Shown: positions 46,152 through 59,563 of the stretch, in pieces
Position numbering within the stretch: the first letter of the stretch is position 1
Layout of the letters: every line of letters begins with the position of its first letter
NCBI GenBank assembly: GCA_052327205.1
Contig: CM126208.1
Location: 143,158,001-143,222,000, forward strand
Reading direction: 5' to 3'
Length of the DNA stretch: 64,000 nucleotides
DNA from: Somniosus microcephalus
Taxonomy: Eukaryota
Notes under the pieces: model-generated
Told to the model about the DNA's origin: nothing
Database searches by the model: none
What the model saw: only the letters and a program-made list of their open reading frames with translations
Made by a program: the position numbers and the translations under genes

Positions 46152-47546
46152 TGTGTCTTCCTTTCCTGTATAGGACTACTGGGCCATATGAGAGCTCATG
46201 GGAAGAAACACACTACCCCAACAGCCCAAGCTATGACTTCAGCGAGATGTCATTGACATTTTAATGGACAAACTAGTTTTGTGGTTTAATTGATAAAAGT
46301 CCCAATGAATGCAAAATGTTGGGGTTGGTGTTGATTTTGTAAACACCATCTTAACAACAAATATTATGGGAAAAAAATGAAATGTTCTCACCAGGAGCTC
46401 TTCTTAAGTCCACCAGTCCCACCTGTACAATCAGATAACTTAATGCCAAAGGTTCATTCTCATATTTCCTCGTCACCTCTTCCAGACACTGACATCCAAA
46501 TGCCTCACCTGTGAAGTCACAAGTCTTGTATCAAAACGCCATGCGGATCCAGACACTTGCCAAATTTAAGAACCCACTTTCGAGTAAAGATGGGAATGGT
46601 CCCAGTCAGATATCCCTGTTGGGACAGAATAGATGCAAAATGAAACAAGAGGTTGAATTTGCACCTGCTGTGATGCAGTTTGGAGTTAGTCTAAGTCAGG
46701 CTGATAGTCCTATTTTCATAAGAGGGTTTCAACTGCCAAGATGTTTCATAAATCCAACCAAATGTTTGACATTATCTGCCTCAAGTATTTCAGGCTGATG
46801 TGCAACATCTCAGAGATTTATTTTGAATGTCTAGCTTTCTGTGATAATAGAAGAAACTCAAGCAGGAGTGAGGATTCAGCAATTGTGAAGCTCCAGTAAC
46901 ACTGTCCTTTGCTGCTCTCATTGAGAAACTGCTGGATATTTGAGAAACTGCTGGATAATTTCAAATAAGCAGTGAGAAGATATGTACTATTACAGCAACT
47001 TTGTGAATTATTAGAAGAAATTGCCTGATGGCTTACAAAATTCCAAGCTAGTGTTTAAAGCCATTCCTATCCATGACCATTTATTTGATGCTGTTCTTGA
47101 GGCAGCTTTAAAGATTTTCTCCAAAGGTTGTTAATCTTCTCATTCACTCAAGTGCTTTGTTCAAGTATTGAACTGAAGTGAAAATACTTCACAGTTTGGG
47201 GCTGACACAGACAATGCTATTCAATTATTGAAATAGTTGGCATCTGGCTTACAGTTTCTTCAACAAATTTTTGATCTGTGAAGAAGCAGCCAGAAAGAAG
47301 TGTGGAAGTGTACTGCCTTATTGACAGTAACGTGAAGAGAAACAAATTATTTTGCACTGTGATTTCTAAATAAGAATATGGCTCTGGTTTTGGAAACAAT
47401 GAAAAGGCTGGAATCTGAGAATACATATATCCATGGGATAGTCAATATAGTTGGGGTTCATGTCAGAATTTTATTTGAGAGTGAGCTAGGGAACAGTTCC
47501 GTGAATTTGGGCCTGCTACCTGTGCATCATTGGTCTGCTCACCATT

Positions 47547-47966
47547 TGTTACAGTACGGTGATGGACCCAAGCGCAGACAGACAAACAGAGACTTGAGAT
47601 GGCGAAAAACTCAAAAGATGCTTCTTCAGAAGGCTCCCCAAACACAGGGTGAGACCCGAGATGTAGCAAAACCCAAAAGAAGCTTCTCCAGAAGGTTTCC
47701 CAAAAACACAGGGTGAGACCCGAGACGGAGCAAAACCCAAAAGAAGCTTCTCCAGAAGGTTTCCCAAACATAGGACGCACAGAGAAACCCTGCGACCTGC
47801 AGGCATGAGAACTCAAGACTGAGCAACTGGGGCCGGAAACAGCCAGCTTAAATAACGGGCCTGATTACTCTGATGAGACACAGGTGGGGCATGGCAACAG
47901 AGTATTGAGGCATCCTAAACCGCCCACTGGCGGCCAGCAGAGGGACATGTAGCTGGGACCCTGACA
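47547..47966 (-). mobile_element. Solo LTR (420 bp) with an internal tandem repeat of about 60 bp (47590-47770)
   Basis: TGTTA...TGACA termini with perfect 5-bp TSD CCATT; strand inferred from TATTTAA on the minus strand. Confidence 0.8.
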
Positions 47967-48124
47967 CCATTCAGCAAACAACTCAACTCTTCCTGTCACA
48001 CTCTGGTTATCATTACCCCTATCGCTAACCTGCACTTTTGCCTTCTCATTTTTCTTTGACTTTTTAAATTTCCGCTCAGCGTATCCCTCCCCCTCCCACA
48101 CTATTTAGTTTAAAGCCTCTGATC

Positions 48125-51100
48125 TTATTGGCATTGGGTAAATAAGATCAGCGAGATGAACAAGTGGCTCAAAGATTGGTATGGGAGAAATGGGTTTCGA
48201 TTCCTGGGGCACTGGCACCAGTACTGGGATAAGAGGGAGCTGTTCTGTCGGGACGGGCTTCATTTGAACCAGGATGGGACCAGTGTCCTGGTGAATCGAA
48301 TAACTAGGGCTGTAGATAAGGCTTTAAACTAAATAGTCGGGGGGGTGGGAGGGGAGGGATACGCTGAGCAGAAATTAAAAAAGTCAAAGAAAAATTAGAA
48401 GGAAAAAAGTGCAGGGTAGCGATAGGGTTAATGATAACCAGAGTGTGACAGGAAGGGACAGAGCGTATACATATAAGAGTGCATCAGAAAGAGGGGTCAG
48501 AGTAGGGAAAAATGGTAAAAAGACAAAATTAAAAGCTCTATATCAGAATGCATGCAGCATTTGTAACAAGATAGATGAGTTGACAGCACAAATAGAAATA
48601 AATGGGTATGATCTGATAGCCATTACAGAGACGTGGTTGCAAGGTGACCAAGGCTGGAAACTGAATATTATGGGGTATTTGCCATTTCATAAGGATAGGC
48701 AGAAAGGAAAAGGAGGTGGTGTAGCTCTGTTAATAAGGGATGAGATCAGTGCAGTAATGAGAAATGATATTGGCTTAGAAGATCAAGATGTAGAATCAGT
48801 TTGGGTGGAGATAAGAAATAATAAGGGTAAAAAGTCACTGGTGGGAGTGGTCTACAGGCCCCCAAACAGAAGCCACACTGTAGGACAGAGAATAAATTAA
48901 GAAATAATAGAGGCTTGTAAGAAAGGTATGGCTATAATCATGGGAGATTTTAATCTTCATATTGATTGGACAAAGCAAATTGGCAAAGGTAGACTTGAGG
49001 AAGAGTTCTTAGAGTGTATACGGGATGGTTTCTTGGAACAATATGTTGTGGAACCAACCAGGGAGAAGACTATTTTAGATCTGGTAATGTGTAACGAGGC
49101 TGGATTAATTGATGATCTTGAAGTGAAGGATCCTCTTGGGAAGAGTGATCATAGCATGGTGGAATTTCAAATTCAGTTTGAGGGTGAGAAAGCTAGGTCT
49201 CAAACTAGTGTCTTGAAATTAAACAAAGGTAATTACAAAGGTATGAAGGCAGACTTGGTTAAAGTGGACTGGGAAAATATATTACAGGGTAAGACTGTAG
49301 AAAGCAGTGGCAAACATTTAAGGAGATATTTCTTAACTCTCAACAAAGATATATTCCAGTGAGAAAGAAAGACTCTAAGAGAAGGATGAACCATCCATGG
49401 CTAACTAAGGAAGTAAAGGATGGTATCAAATTGAAAACAAAAGCATATAATGTTGCAAAGAATAGTGAAAGGCCAGAGGATTGGAAAATTTTAAAAAAAA
49501 CCAGCAAAGGATGACTAAAAAAATGATAGAGAGAGAAGATAGCTTATGAAAGTAAGCTAGCAATAAATATAAAAACAGAGAGTAAGAGCTTCTACAGGTA
49601 TATAAAAGGAAGAGAGTAGCTAAAGTAAACATTGGTCCCCTAGAGGATGAGTCTGGGGAATTAATAATGGGAAACAGGGAAATGGCAGAGACTTTGAACA
49701 AATATTTTGTATCAGTCTTCATGGTAGAAGACACTAAAAGCATCCCAATAATGGATAATCAAGGGGCTATTGGGGTGGTGAGGGGGGAATTTAAAACAAT
49801 CACTATCACTAGAGAGAAAGGACTAGGCAAACTAATGGGACTAAAGGTGGACAAGTCCCCTGGACCCGATGGCCTGCATCCTAGAGTCTTAAAAGAGGTG
49901 GCTACAGAGATAGTGGATGCATTGGTTATAATCTACCAAAATTCCCTGGATACTGGAGAGGTCCCAGCGGACTAGAAAACCATAAATGTAACACCCCTAT
50001 TTAAGAAAGGAGGGAGACAGAAAGCAGGCAACTATCGACCAGTTAGGCTAACATCTGTCATTGGGAAAATGCTGGAGTCCATCATTAAGGAAGTGATAGC
50101 AGGACATTTAGAAAATCATAATATAGTCAAACAGAGTCAGCATGGTTTTATGAAAGGAAAATCATGTTTGACAAATTTGCTGGAGTTCTTTGAGGATGTA
50201 ATGAGCAGGGTGGATAAAGGAGAACCAGTAGATGTTGTGTATTTAGATTTCAAGAAGGCATTCGATAAGGTGCCACATAAAAGGTTACTACAGAAGATAG
50301 GAGCTCACGGGGTTGGGGGTAATATATTAGCATGGATAGAGGATTGGCTAACTAACAGAAAACAGAGAGTCAGGATAAATGGGTCCTTTTCAGGTTGGCA
50401 AACTGTAACTAGTTGGGTGCATGCCGCAGGGATCAAGTCTGGGGCCTCAACTACTTACAATCTATATTAATGACTTGGATGAAGGGACCGAGTGTAATGT
50501 AGCCAAATTTGCTGATGATACAAAGATAGGTGGGAAAGCAAATTGTGTGGAGGACGCAAAGAATTTCCAAAGGGATATTGATAGGCTAGGTGAGTGGGCA
50601 AAAATCTGGCAGATGGAGTTTAATGTGGGAAAATGCGAGGTTATCCACTTTGGTAGGAAAAATAAAAAAGCAAATTATTATTTAAATGGGGAGACATTAC
50701 AAAATGCTGAGGTACAGAGGGATCTGGGGTCCTTGTACATGAATCACAAAATGTTAGCATACAGGTACAGCAAGTAATTAGGAAAGTAAATGGAATGTTT
50801 GCCTTTATTGCAAAGGGAATGGAGTATAAAAGTAGAGAAGTCCTGTTACAACTTTACGGGGCGTTGGTGAGACCACACCTGGAGTACTGCGTACAGTTTT
50901 GGTCTCCTAATTTAAGGAAGGATATACTTGCATTGGAGGCAGTTCAGAGAAGGTTCATGAGGTTGATTCCGGAGATGTCTTATGAAGAAAGGTTGAGCAG
51001 GTTGGGCCTATACTCATTGTGGTTTAGAAGAATGAGAGGGGATCTTATTGAAACATATAAGATTCTGAAGGGGCTTGACAGGGTAGATGCAGAGGGGATG

Positions 51101-51425
51101 TTTCCCCTCGTGGGGGAACCTAGAACTAGGGGGCATAATTTCAGATTAAGGGAAACCCTTTTAAATTGGAAATGAGGAATTTCTTCTCTCAGAGGGTCGT
51201 GAATCTTTGGAATTCTCTTTCCCAGAGTGCTGTGCAGGCTGGGTCATTGAATATATTTAAGGTGGAGATAGACAGATTTTTGAACGATAAGGGAGCCAAG
51301 GGTTATGGGAAGCGGTCAGGGAAGTGGAGTTGAGGCCAAGATCAGATCAGCCGTGATCTTATTGAATGGCGGAGCAGGCTCGAGGGGCCAAAAGACCTAC
51401 TCCTGCTCCTACGTCTTATGTTCTC
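48125..51425 (+). mobile_element. 5'-truncated, degenerate CR1 LINE (ORF1 end plus ORF2)
   Basis: DGLHLN; IAITETWL, GVVYRPP, MGDFN, SDH; DFKKAFDKVPH, FADDTK; 3' tail; many stops and frameshifts. Confidence 0.93.
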
Positions 51426-51439
51426 TACAGCCAGACTTA

Positions 51440-52285
51440 GGGCTGGATTTTATGAATGGAGACGTGTTGGAAGCGGGACTGCTGCTTGCCGGGTTTCAGT
51501 CCCACCTCCATCAGCTTCTGGCCAACCAGTGGGCTTTTCCCCTGTTTGACCTTGTTAAGCCCTCCCGGTGTGCTCAGCAGGCCAATTAGGGGGAAGTCAG
51601 TGACAGAGCATGTCAACGTATGACGTGTCATCTGTCAAGAATTTTTGAAAGAAGAAATGACATTGTTTGACAGCTCTGTGAAGCTGTCAAACATTGACAT
51701 TCTGTGTAGTTTGATGAGTTTTTGTGTTCAGGACTCATCAAACCTTTCTACTTTGCAGAAATCAGCTGGCTGTTGTATCAGAGGATGCAACAGCCAGTCT
51801 GTGATCTCTACAATGGAGATGTCAGGGACTCCAGCTCCACAGTGGCTGAAGGCTGTAGGTAGAAACAAAGGTAAGTTAACATTTTCTAACATTTTACAAT
51901 CACCTCACATACTTACCACTCCACATTTGCACCCATCACTCATCTCTACATCGCACTTTCAGACCCCTTCGACCCCCGCAGACCTCCTACTCACCTCCTA
52001 CAACCCGACGGGGTTCTCCCAGGTTGGAAAGCCCGCACTTCAGGACGAAAAATGGGGATAATCCTATTTTCTGCCTGTTAACTACCTGTTAACAGGCAGT
52101 TAATAGGCTTTAATCCCTTCCCGCCTCTAAGGAGACGGGACCGGGGGCTGAACAGCTTCCCGCCTCCTAGCAAGAGGGCATGGAGGTAGGTTGGGGGTGG
52201 ATTTACCACCTGCCCCCAAATTCTGCCACTTTCCCGGCAGTCCCGCCTCCATACCCGCCTCCTTGGGGCTGGTAAAATCCAGTCC
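51440..52285. mobile_element. Non-autonomous Harbinger element
   Basis: TIRs GGGCTGGATTTTA / TAAAATCCAGTCC; perfect TSD TTA. Confidence 0.85.
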
Positions 52286-52976
52286 TTAGGGTTCCTTTGG
52301 CTGCCACGCATGATAAATAGAAAACATTAATGTAATTAAACCTGCCATCTACAATGCCTTTTGAAGTGTATATTCCACACAAGTCATTGATCCTGTAGAA
52401 ACTTTGGACTACAATTTTATTTTTCATTATTTAATGTCTCTATCCTCCGGGTCTGATAATGCGGTCTCCATGTAGCGCTGTTGGTGCCTTACGTTCCTCA
52501 GCTCTCTCTGTGCCTGTGCCCGAATGACCTGACCGTGCTCCATAATGCCTACATTACACCAGTGACTACACTTCAAAAGTACTTCATTGACTGCAAAGTG
52601 CTTTCGGACAACCTAAGGATGTGAGAGGTACTACATAGATACAAGTTCTTTCTGCGTCTTATGTGAAGTCAGCTTATTTCAATATGTAAATTTTGTTGCC
52701 AGTGCATTGCTCAGGATGTGCTGGGAGAGTGGCAAGTTCATAGGGATGGGATTTCCTGCCAACAGCACATAAACAGCTGCTGACATGTAGGGATAAAAGA
52801 ACCTTTCAGTTGTGGGGCGGGGCAGGGGGTGGTGGGAAGAGGACAGCAATTTTGCACAGAGATAATGAAAATTACAGTTTCTCAGCAAATCTGAGAGACA
52901 ACCAATCACTTAACATAAAAGATCACTTACCCTACATATCACATACCCTACATATCATCAGATATCATCCAACCCA

Positions 52977-54590
52977 AACAACAACAACAACAACAACAAC
53001 TTGTATTTATATAGCACCTTTAACATAGTAAAACGTCCCAAGGTGCTTCACAGGAGAATTATAAAACAAAACTTAAAATCAAGCCACATAAGGAGATATT
53101 AAGGCGGTAAAGAGTTAAGTTTTAAGGAGCATCTTACAGGAGCAGAGGCAGAGAGGTTTAGGGAGGGACTTCCAGAGTTTAGAGCCTTGGCAACTGAAGG
53201 CACGGCCAACAATGGTGCAGCGATTAAAATCAGGCATGCTCAAGAGGACGGAATTAGAGGAGCTCAGATATCTCAGAGAATTGTGGGGATTACAGAGATA
53301 GGGAGGGGGGAGGTATTTGAAAACAACGGTAAGAAATTTAAAATCGAGGCATTGCTTAACCGGGAGCCAATGTAGGTCAGCGCACACAGGGGTGATGGGT
53401 GAATGGGACTTGGAGCAAAGTAGGATATGGGCAGCAGAGTTTTGGATGACCTTAAGTTTACGTAGGGTAGAACGTGGGAGGCCAGTCAGGAGTGTGTTGG
53501 AATAGTCAAGTGTAGAGGTAACAAAGGCATGGATGAAGGTTTCAGTAGCAGATGAGCTGAGGCAGGGGCGGAGACGGGCGATGTTACGAAGGTGGAAATA
53601 GACGGTATTAATTATGGCTCGGATATGTGGTCAGAAGCTAATTTCATGGTCAAATATGACACCAAGATTGCGAACAGTGTGGTTCAGTATCAGACAGATG
53701 CTAGGGAGAGGGATGGAGTTGGTGGCTAGGGAACAGAGTTTGTGGCGGGGATCGAAGACAATGGCTTCGGTCTTCCCCATATTTAGTTGGATGAAATTTC
53801 TGTTCATCCAGAACTGGATGTCGGACAAGCAGTCTGATAATTTAGAGACAGTGGAGGGGTTGAGAGAAGTGGTAGTGAGGTAGAGCTGGGTGACATCAGC
53901 ACACATGTGGAAACTGATGCTGTGTTTTCGGATGATGTCGCCAAGGGGCAGCATGTAGATGAGAAATAGGAGGGGGCCAAGGATCGATCCTTGGGGGACA
54001 CCAGAGGTAACAATGCGGGAGCGGGAAGAAAAGCCATTGCAGGTGATTCTCTGGCTACGATTAGATAGATAAGAATGGAACCAGGCGCATGCAGTCCCAC
54101 CCAGCTGGACGATGGTGGAGAGGTGTTGGAGGAGGATGAAGTGGTCAACTGTGTCAAAGGTTGCAGACAGGTCGAGAAGGACGAGGAGGGATAGTTTACC
54201 TTTGTCACAATTACATAGGATGTCATTTGTGACTTTGATAGGAGCCATTTCGGTACTGTGGCAGGGCGGAAAACTGATTGGAGAGATTCACACATGGAGT
54301 TTCGGGAAAGATGGGCATGGATTTGGGAGGCAACAACACATTCAAGGACTTTGGAGAGGAAAGGCAGATGGGAGATGGGGCTGTAGTTTGCAAGAATGGA
54401 CAGGTCAAGGGTTGTTTTTTTGAGGAGAGGGGTGATGATGGCAGATTTGAAGGAGAGGGTGACTGTACCTGAGGAGAGAGAATCATTAAAAATATCAGCT
54501 AACATGGGAGCCAGAAAAGTTGGGTGCTCAGCAGTTTAGTGGGAATAGGGTCAAGGGAGCAGGAATTGGGTCTTATGGACAAGATGAGCT
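52977..54590 (-). mobile_element. L2 LINE 3' portion, degenerate RT
   Basis: LLDLSATFDTVDH, GVPQGSILGPLLF, ADVTQLY, LHWLPV; (TTG)n tail after TATATAAATACAAG. Confidence 0.9.
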
Positions 54591-54932
54591 CCAACATTTC
54601 ATTTTTTTACTCTATTTTTGATTTTTTTCCTTCTTTCAGGGCACCTCCCCACCATAGCCACCTACCAACTTCAATTGGGAGGATATGCTTCTGATTTGCT
54701 TCTACACCTTTGCTCATATATCTCTTGAGCTTGCCACTCCAATGTGCCTAAGAGTGTTTTTCACTTTCTTTACTTAAAGCTTTGATGACCTCAGCTGAGA
54801 TTAGATATTCACAGTATGAGGAATTATAGGTTCAAACCAACACCTTACAATATCAATTTTGACAAAATATTTCTCACTCAGCAAATTAAGAGAAAGAAAG
54901 ACTTGCATTTATATAGTGCCTCATCATGTCAC

Positions 54933-55335
54933 AAGAACATAAGAATTAGGAGCAGGAGTAGGCCATTCGATCCCTCGAGCCTGCTCTGCCATTCAATAAG
55001 ATCACGGCTGATCTTCAAACTCAGCTCCACCTTTCTGCCGGATCCCCATATCCCTTGATTCCTCTAGAGTCCAAAAATCTATCTATCTCAGTCTTAAATA
55101 TAATCAAAGACTCAGCATCCACAGCCCTTTGGGGTAGAGAATTCCAAAGATTCACAACCCTCTGAGTGAAGAAATTCCTCCTCATCTCAGTCTTAAATGG
55201 CCGACCCTTATCCTGAGACTATGCCCCCTAGCTCTAGACACTCCAGCCAGGGGAAACAACCTCTCAGCATCTACCCTGTCAATCCCCTTCTGTATCTTAT
55301 ATGTTTCAATGAGATCACCTCTCATTCTTCTAAAC
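54933..55335 (-). mobile_element. CR1 LINE 3' fragment
   Basis: RRMRGDLIETYKI; highly similar to 43170-43650. Confidence 0.85.
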
Positions 55336-55655
55336 TTTGAAAGAGTAGGTTCTGAGAAACTATTTCCTTTAGTGGTGGAATCTAGAACAAGAGGGCATAA
55401 TCTTAAAATTAGAGCTAGTGAAATCAAGAAACACTTTTTCACACAAAAGGTAGTGGAAACCTGGAACTCCCCAAAAGGGGATGCTGGGTCAATTAAAATT
55501 TTCAAGGCTGAGATCAATAGAATTTTATTGGGTAAAGATATCAAGGGAAATGAAACAAAGTAGGGTAAATGGAGTTGAGTTACAGATCAGTCATGATCTG
55601 ATTGAATGACAGAACAGGGTTGAGGGGCTGAATGGCCTACTCCTGCTCCTATGTT
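55336..55655 (+). mobile_element. Older CR1 3' fragment
   Basis: EKLFPLV.ESRTRGHNLKI; ends GGCCTACTCCTGCTCCTATG. Confidence 0.8.
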
Positions 55656-58503
55656 GGTCTCAGACAGCACTCAATGAGCTGGGAAGCATGCCATTTGGAT
55701 AAGGGCTGGAATCTGCATTTTACCACATGAGCACAAAGTTTTTTGCAAAATAATCAGTGGGCTTTTTTGTTCTTTCTTCCTGTTGCCTCTTTGGTCTCCC
55801 CTTGTAACACACTGTACCTTTTGCTGAAGTCAAGTGGACCAGTTTCTAGGTCACTTCAATACAATTCTTGATCCATCTGTCAGGAGGTGTGTAACAAAAA
55901 GCCAGAGTCCCACACCCTTTCCATTTCCCTCCCTTGCATTGTTGTTCACAAATATGGCTGCTTTACATTACAGTTCAGATTGAAAACTCCTAGGTGATGC
56001 ATCATGGAGGATAACCCAGTAAAAAAAGAATAATCACCCGCCAGCTGCTTGTCTTTATTTTGGCTTTGATCCTTTTTCCTGTGACAGTGGCCATACACCT
56101 TTTTGTGGGCTTGCTCATTTCCACGGCCTCTGTACTTTAATATCTGTTTTGTTTTTGCAGTCTGTTTCCCACTATAGACTTGTACCATCATCATGACAAA
56201 TAGTCGGTAAAGTTATATATACTGGTATAAATGGAGAATTAAACTGATATCAGAGAACAAATCCTACAGCCATTACTGCAAGGAGACATAATACTCTAGG
56301 GATGAAAGCAAATGATTTAAATAAAACAAGAAATAGAGTCAAGTCTCTGATCATAAAACCCAGCTTACTAAACCAAACAGATGGGACCCAATGAGCCAGT
56401 CATTGAGTGTCAATTGTAAAGTTAATCTAAAATCAAATACCACCTCTGTTCCTGTCAAAAGTATCAGATCTTGCTTTGCCATTAGATGGTGGCATTCATT
56501 AAAGACTATGTGCTTCTTCACGGGGAAAGAAGGAGCAAAGAATCAAAAGTATCAGTTGCACACTTGATATCAGTTAGCTGAAGAGTGACATTGGCAAGGC
56601 CTTGGGAGCAGATCAGTGACCTTACCTTTGGATAGGGAATAGTGCATGGTAATGGGACACCTAAAAAGGAGCAAATATATTTTAAAAAGGGGCAAAATTG
56701 TTATAAAACTTGCTTTGGAATCTTTCCAGTACTAGCTAGTCAGACTGATTAACTATAAAGATATAAACGTTGTCAAAGCAATTTGCCAAATTTTGCCACA
56801 GATCAACAATAAAACAAACTTCACTGTAGCCTTTATTTTAGTGAGCTCTTTACAAAGGTACCACTTTTACTCGGATTCACATCTCCAAAATGCAATACCC
56901 ATAAAAAAAAATATTGTACTAAATTAGAACCAAAATCCAGTATCTTTGAGATTAGTTGTGATTCATTTAGACTGAGGTGATCATTTTAGCATTTTAAAAC
57001 GTAACAGTTTATAGGAATCAAAACACTTTTCCTTTCTTTACTTACACCAAGAAAGCAGTCAGGAATACTCATGCGAAGTAATGGCTTTGTGAGAGAATTT
57101 GATAATGAAAATCACTGTGTATCACATTCATGTGAGTAAATGGAAAGATAGTTTAAGCTTTGATAAAAAATAAAATATTCTGAAGACAGATGGGATTTTG
57201 CACCATGACATCTGTCTAAGGCAGACATAGCTTTCAGATTTACCATTGTTCAAGGAGACTTTTAACATAAAGTACTGTTTTGATATATTGAATATTCTAA
57301 TGGGCCTTCCTCACTTAATCAATGCAAATTTGGGTATTCATGGTTCCGATCACTCAATTTGTTCCTCTATCATCAATCCTTGTCAATTTTGTGGCTGAAT
57401 AGAAATTGTGGTCTGTTCATTTCATCCAAACAATGGAAAGTGTAACTGGAAAAGCTTAAAACACTTGGCAACCATTTTGAATGCTAATCTTATTTAACAA
57501 CTGCAAGTTGCATTTCAGCACTAAAAAAACCCTGCAAAACAAATCCATGCGTTACAGGTTTACAGTTATTTATAGTAATCAAAACATTCTGTGATCTAAT
57601 CTGTTTGTGTTTTCATGTAAGTGCAAATGTTACAGTAGAAAAACATAATACAAAACAAAAGATTAGCATAATGCTCACTGAGGCATTTTACACATCCAGG
57701 CCATTATACACAGTGGGTTAAGTTATTGGACTAGTAATCCAGGTGCCGAGGACCAATAATCCAGAGATGTGAGTTCAAATCCCACCATGGCAGTTGTGAA
57801 TTTAAATTCAGTTAAATAAATCTGAAATAAAAAGCTATGTAATGGTGACCATGAAGCTATGGATTGTCGTAAAAACCCAACTGGTTCACTAATGTCTTTT
57901 AGGGAAGGAGATCTGCCATCCTTACACGGCCTGGCCTAGATGTGACTCCAGACCCAGAGCAAGGTGGTTGACTTTTAACTACCCTATGAAATGGCCTAGC
58001 AAGCCACTCAGTTGTATCAAAAATGTACAACGAGAATAAAACCGGACGGACCACCCAGTATCGATCTAAGCATCGGATTTGGACACGACAAAGGTACACC
58101 CAGTTGACCCTACAAAGCCTTCCTCACTAACAACTGACGATTTGCACCAAAATTGGGAGAGCTGGCACAGACTAGTCAAGCAACAGCCTGACATAGTCAC
58201 AGAATCATACTGATCAGTCAATGTCCCAGACTCCTCCATCACCATCCCTGGGCATGTCCTTTCCCAACGACAGGACAGACCCACTTGGGTCCACAAAAAG
58301 CAGGACAAATCCAATCTGGCCAATTACCGCCCCATCAGCCTACTCTCAATCATCAGCAAAGTGACGGAAGGTGTCATCGACTGTGCTATCAAATGGCACT
58401 TACTCACCAACAACCTGCTCACCGATGTTCAGTTTGGATTCCACCACATGGACAAAAGAGCTGAATTCCAGAGGTGAGGCGAGAGTGACTGCAAGGCAGC
58501 ATT

Positions 58504-59563
58504 TAGAATCATAGAATGGTTACAGCACAGAAGGAGGCTATTCAGCCCATTGAGCCCGTGCCGGTTCTCTGCAAGAGCAATTCAGCTAGTCCCACTCCCC
58601 TGCCCTTTCCCCGTAGCCCTGTAAAAAAAATTCTTCAGGCACTTATCCAATTCCCTTTTGAAAGCCACAATTGAATCTGCCTCCACCAGCCTTTCAGGTA
58701 GTGCATTCCAGATCCTAACCACTCGGTGTGTAAAAAAGCTTTTCCTCATGTCGCCTTTGGTCCTTCTGCCAATCACCATAACACTGTGTCCTCTGGATCT
58801 CGACCCTTCCGCCAATAAAAAGAAAGACTTGCATTTATATAGTGCTTTTCACGACCACCGGATGTCTCAAAGCACTTTACAACCAATGAAGTACTTTTGG
58901 AGTGTAGTCACTGTTGTAATGTGGGAAATGCAGCAGCCACTTTGCACACAGCAAGGTCCCACAAACAGCAATGTGATAATGACCAGATAATTTGTTTTTG
59001 TGATGTTGGTTGAGGGATAAATATTGGCCAGGACACTGGGGATAAATCCCCATCTCTTTTTTGAAATAGTGCCATGGGACCTTTTACGTCCACCTGAGAA
59101 AGCTGTTGGTTTAACGTCTTGTTTGAAAGACGGACTTCCAACAGTGCAGCACTCCCTCAGCACTGCACTGCAGTGTCAGCCTAGCTTTATGTGCTCAAGT
59201 CCCTGGAGTGGGTCTTGAACCCATTACCTTCTAACTCAGAGGCAAGTGTGCTACCAACTGAGCCACAGCTGACAGACTGACAGTGGGAACAGTTTCTCTC
59301 TATTTACTCTGTCTAGACCTCTCATGATTTTGAACACCTCTATCAAATCTCCTCTCAACCTTCCTTGCTCTAAGGAGAACAACCCCAGCTTCTCCAGTAT
59401 ATCCACGTAACTGAAGTCCCTCATCCCTGAAACCATTCTTGTAAATCTTTTCTGCACCCTCTGTAAGGCCTTAACATCCTTCCTAAAGTGCGGTGCCCAG
59501 AATTGGATACAATACTCCAGTTGAGACCAAACCAGTGTTTTATAAAGGTTCATCATAACTTCA
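58504..59563 (-). mobile_element. CR1 3' fragment split by a Deu-SINE
   Basis: LEYCIQFWAPH, GDLIEVFKI, RVVRIWNALP; tail TAGAATCATAGAAT. Confidence 0.9.
58815..59273 (-). mobile_element. Near full-length Deu-domain SINE (SacSINE1-like)
   Basis: tRNA head TGGCTCAGTTGG (A box) and GGTTCAAGACC (B box), central domain and L2-like tail. Confidence 0.85.

Noticed and set aside
54933-55655. Head-to-head CR1 pair as a single inversion event
   Set aside because: The halves differ clearly in sequence and decay, which fits two independent insertions.
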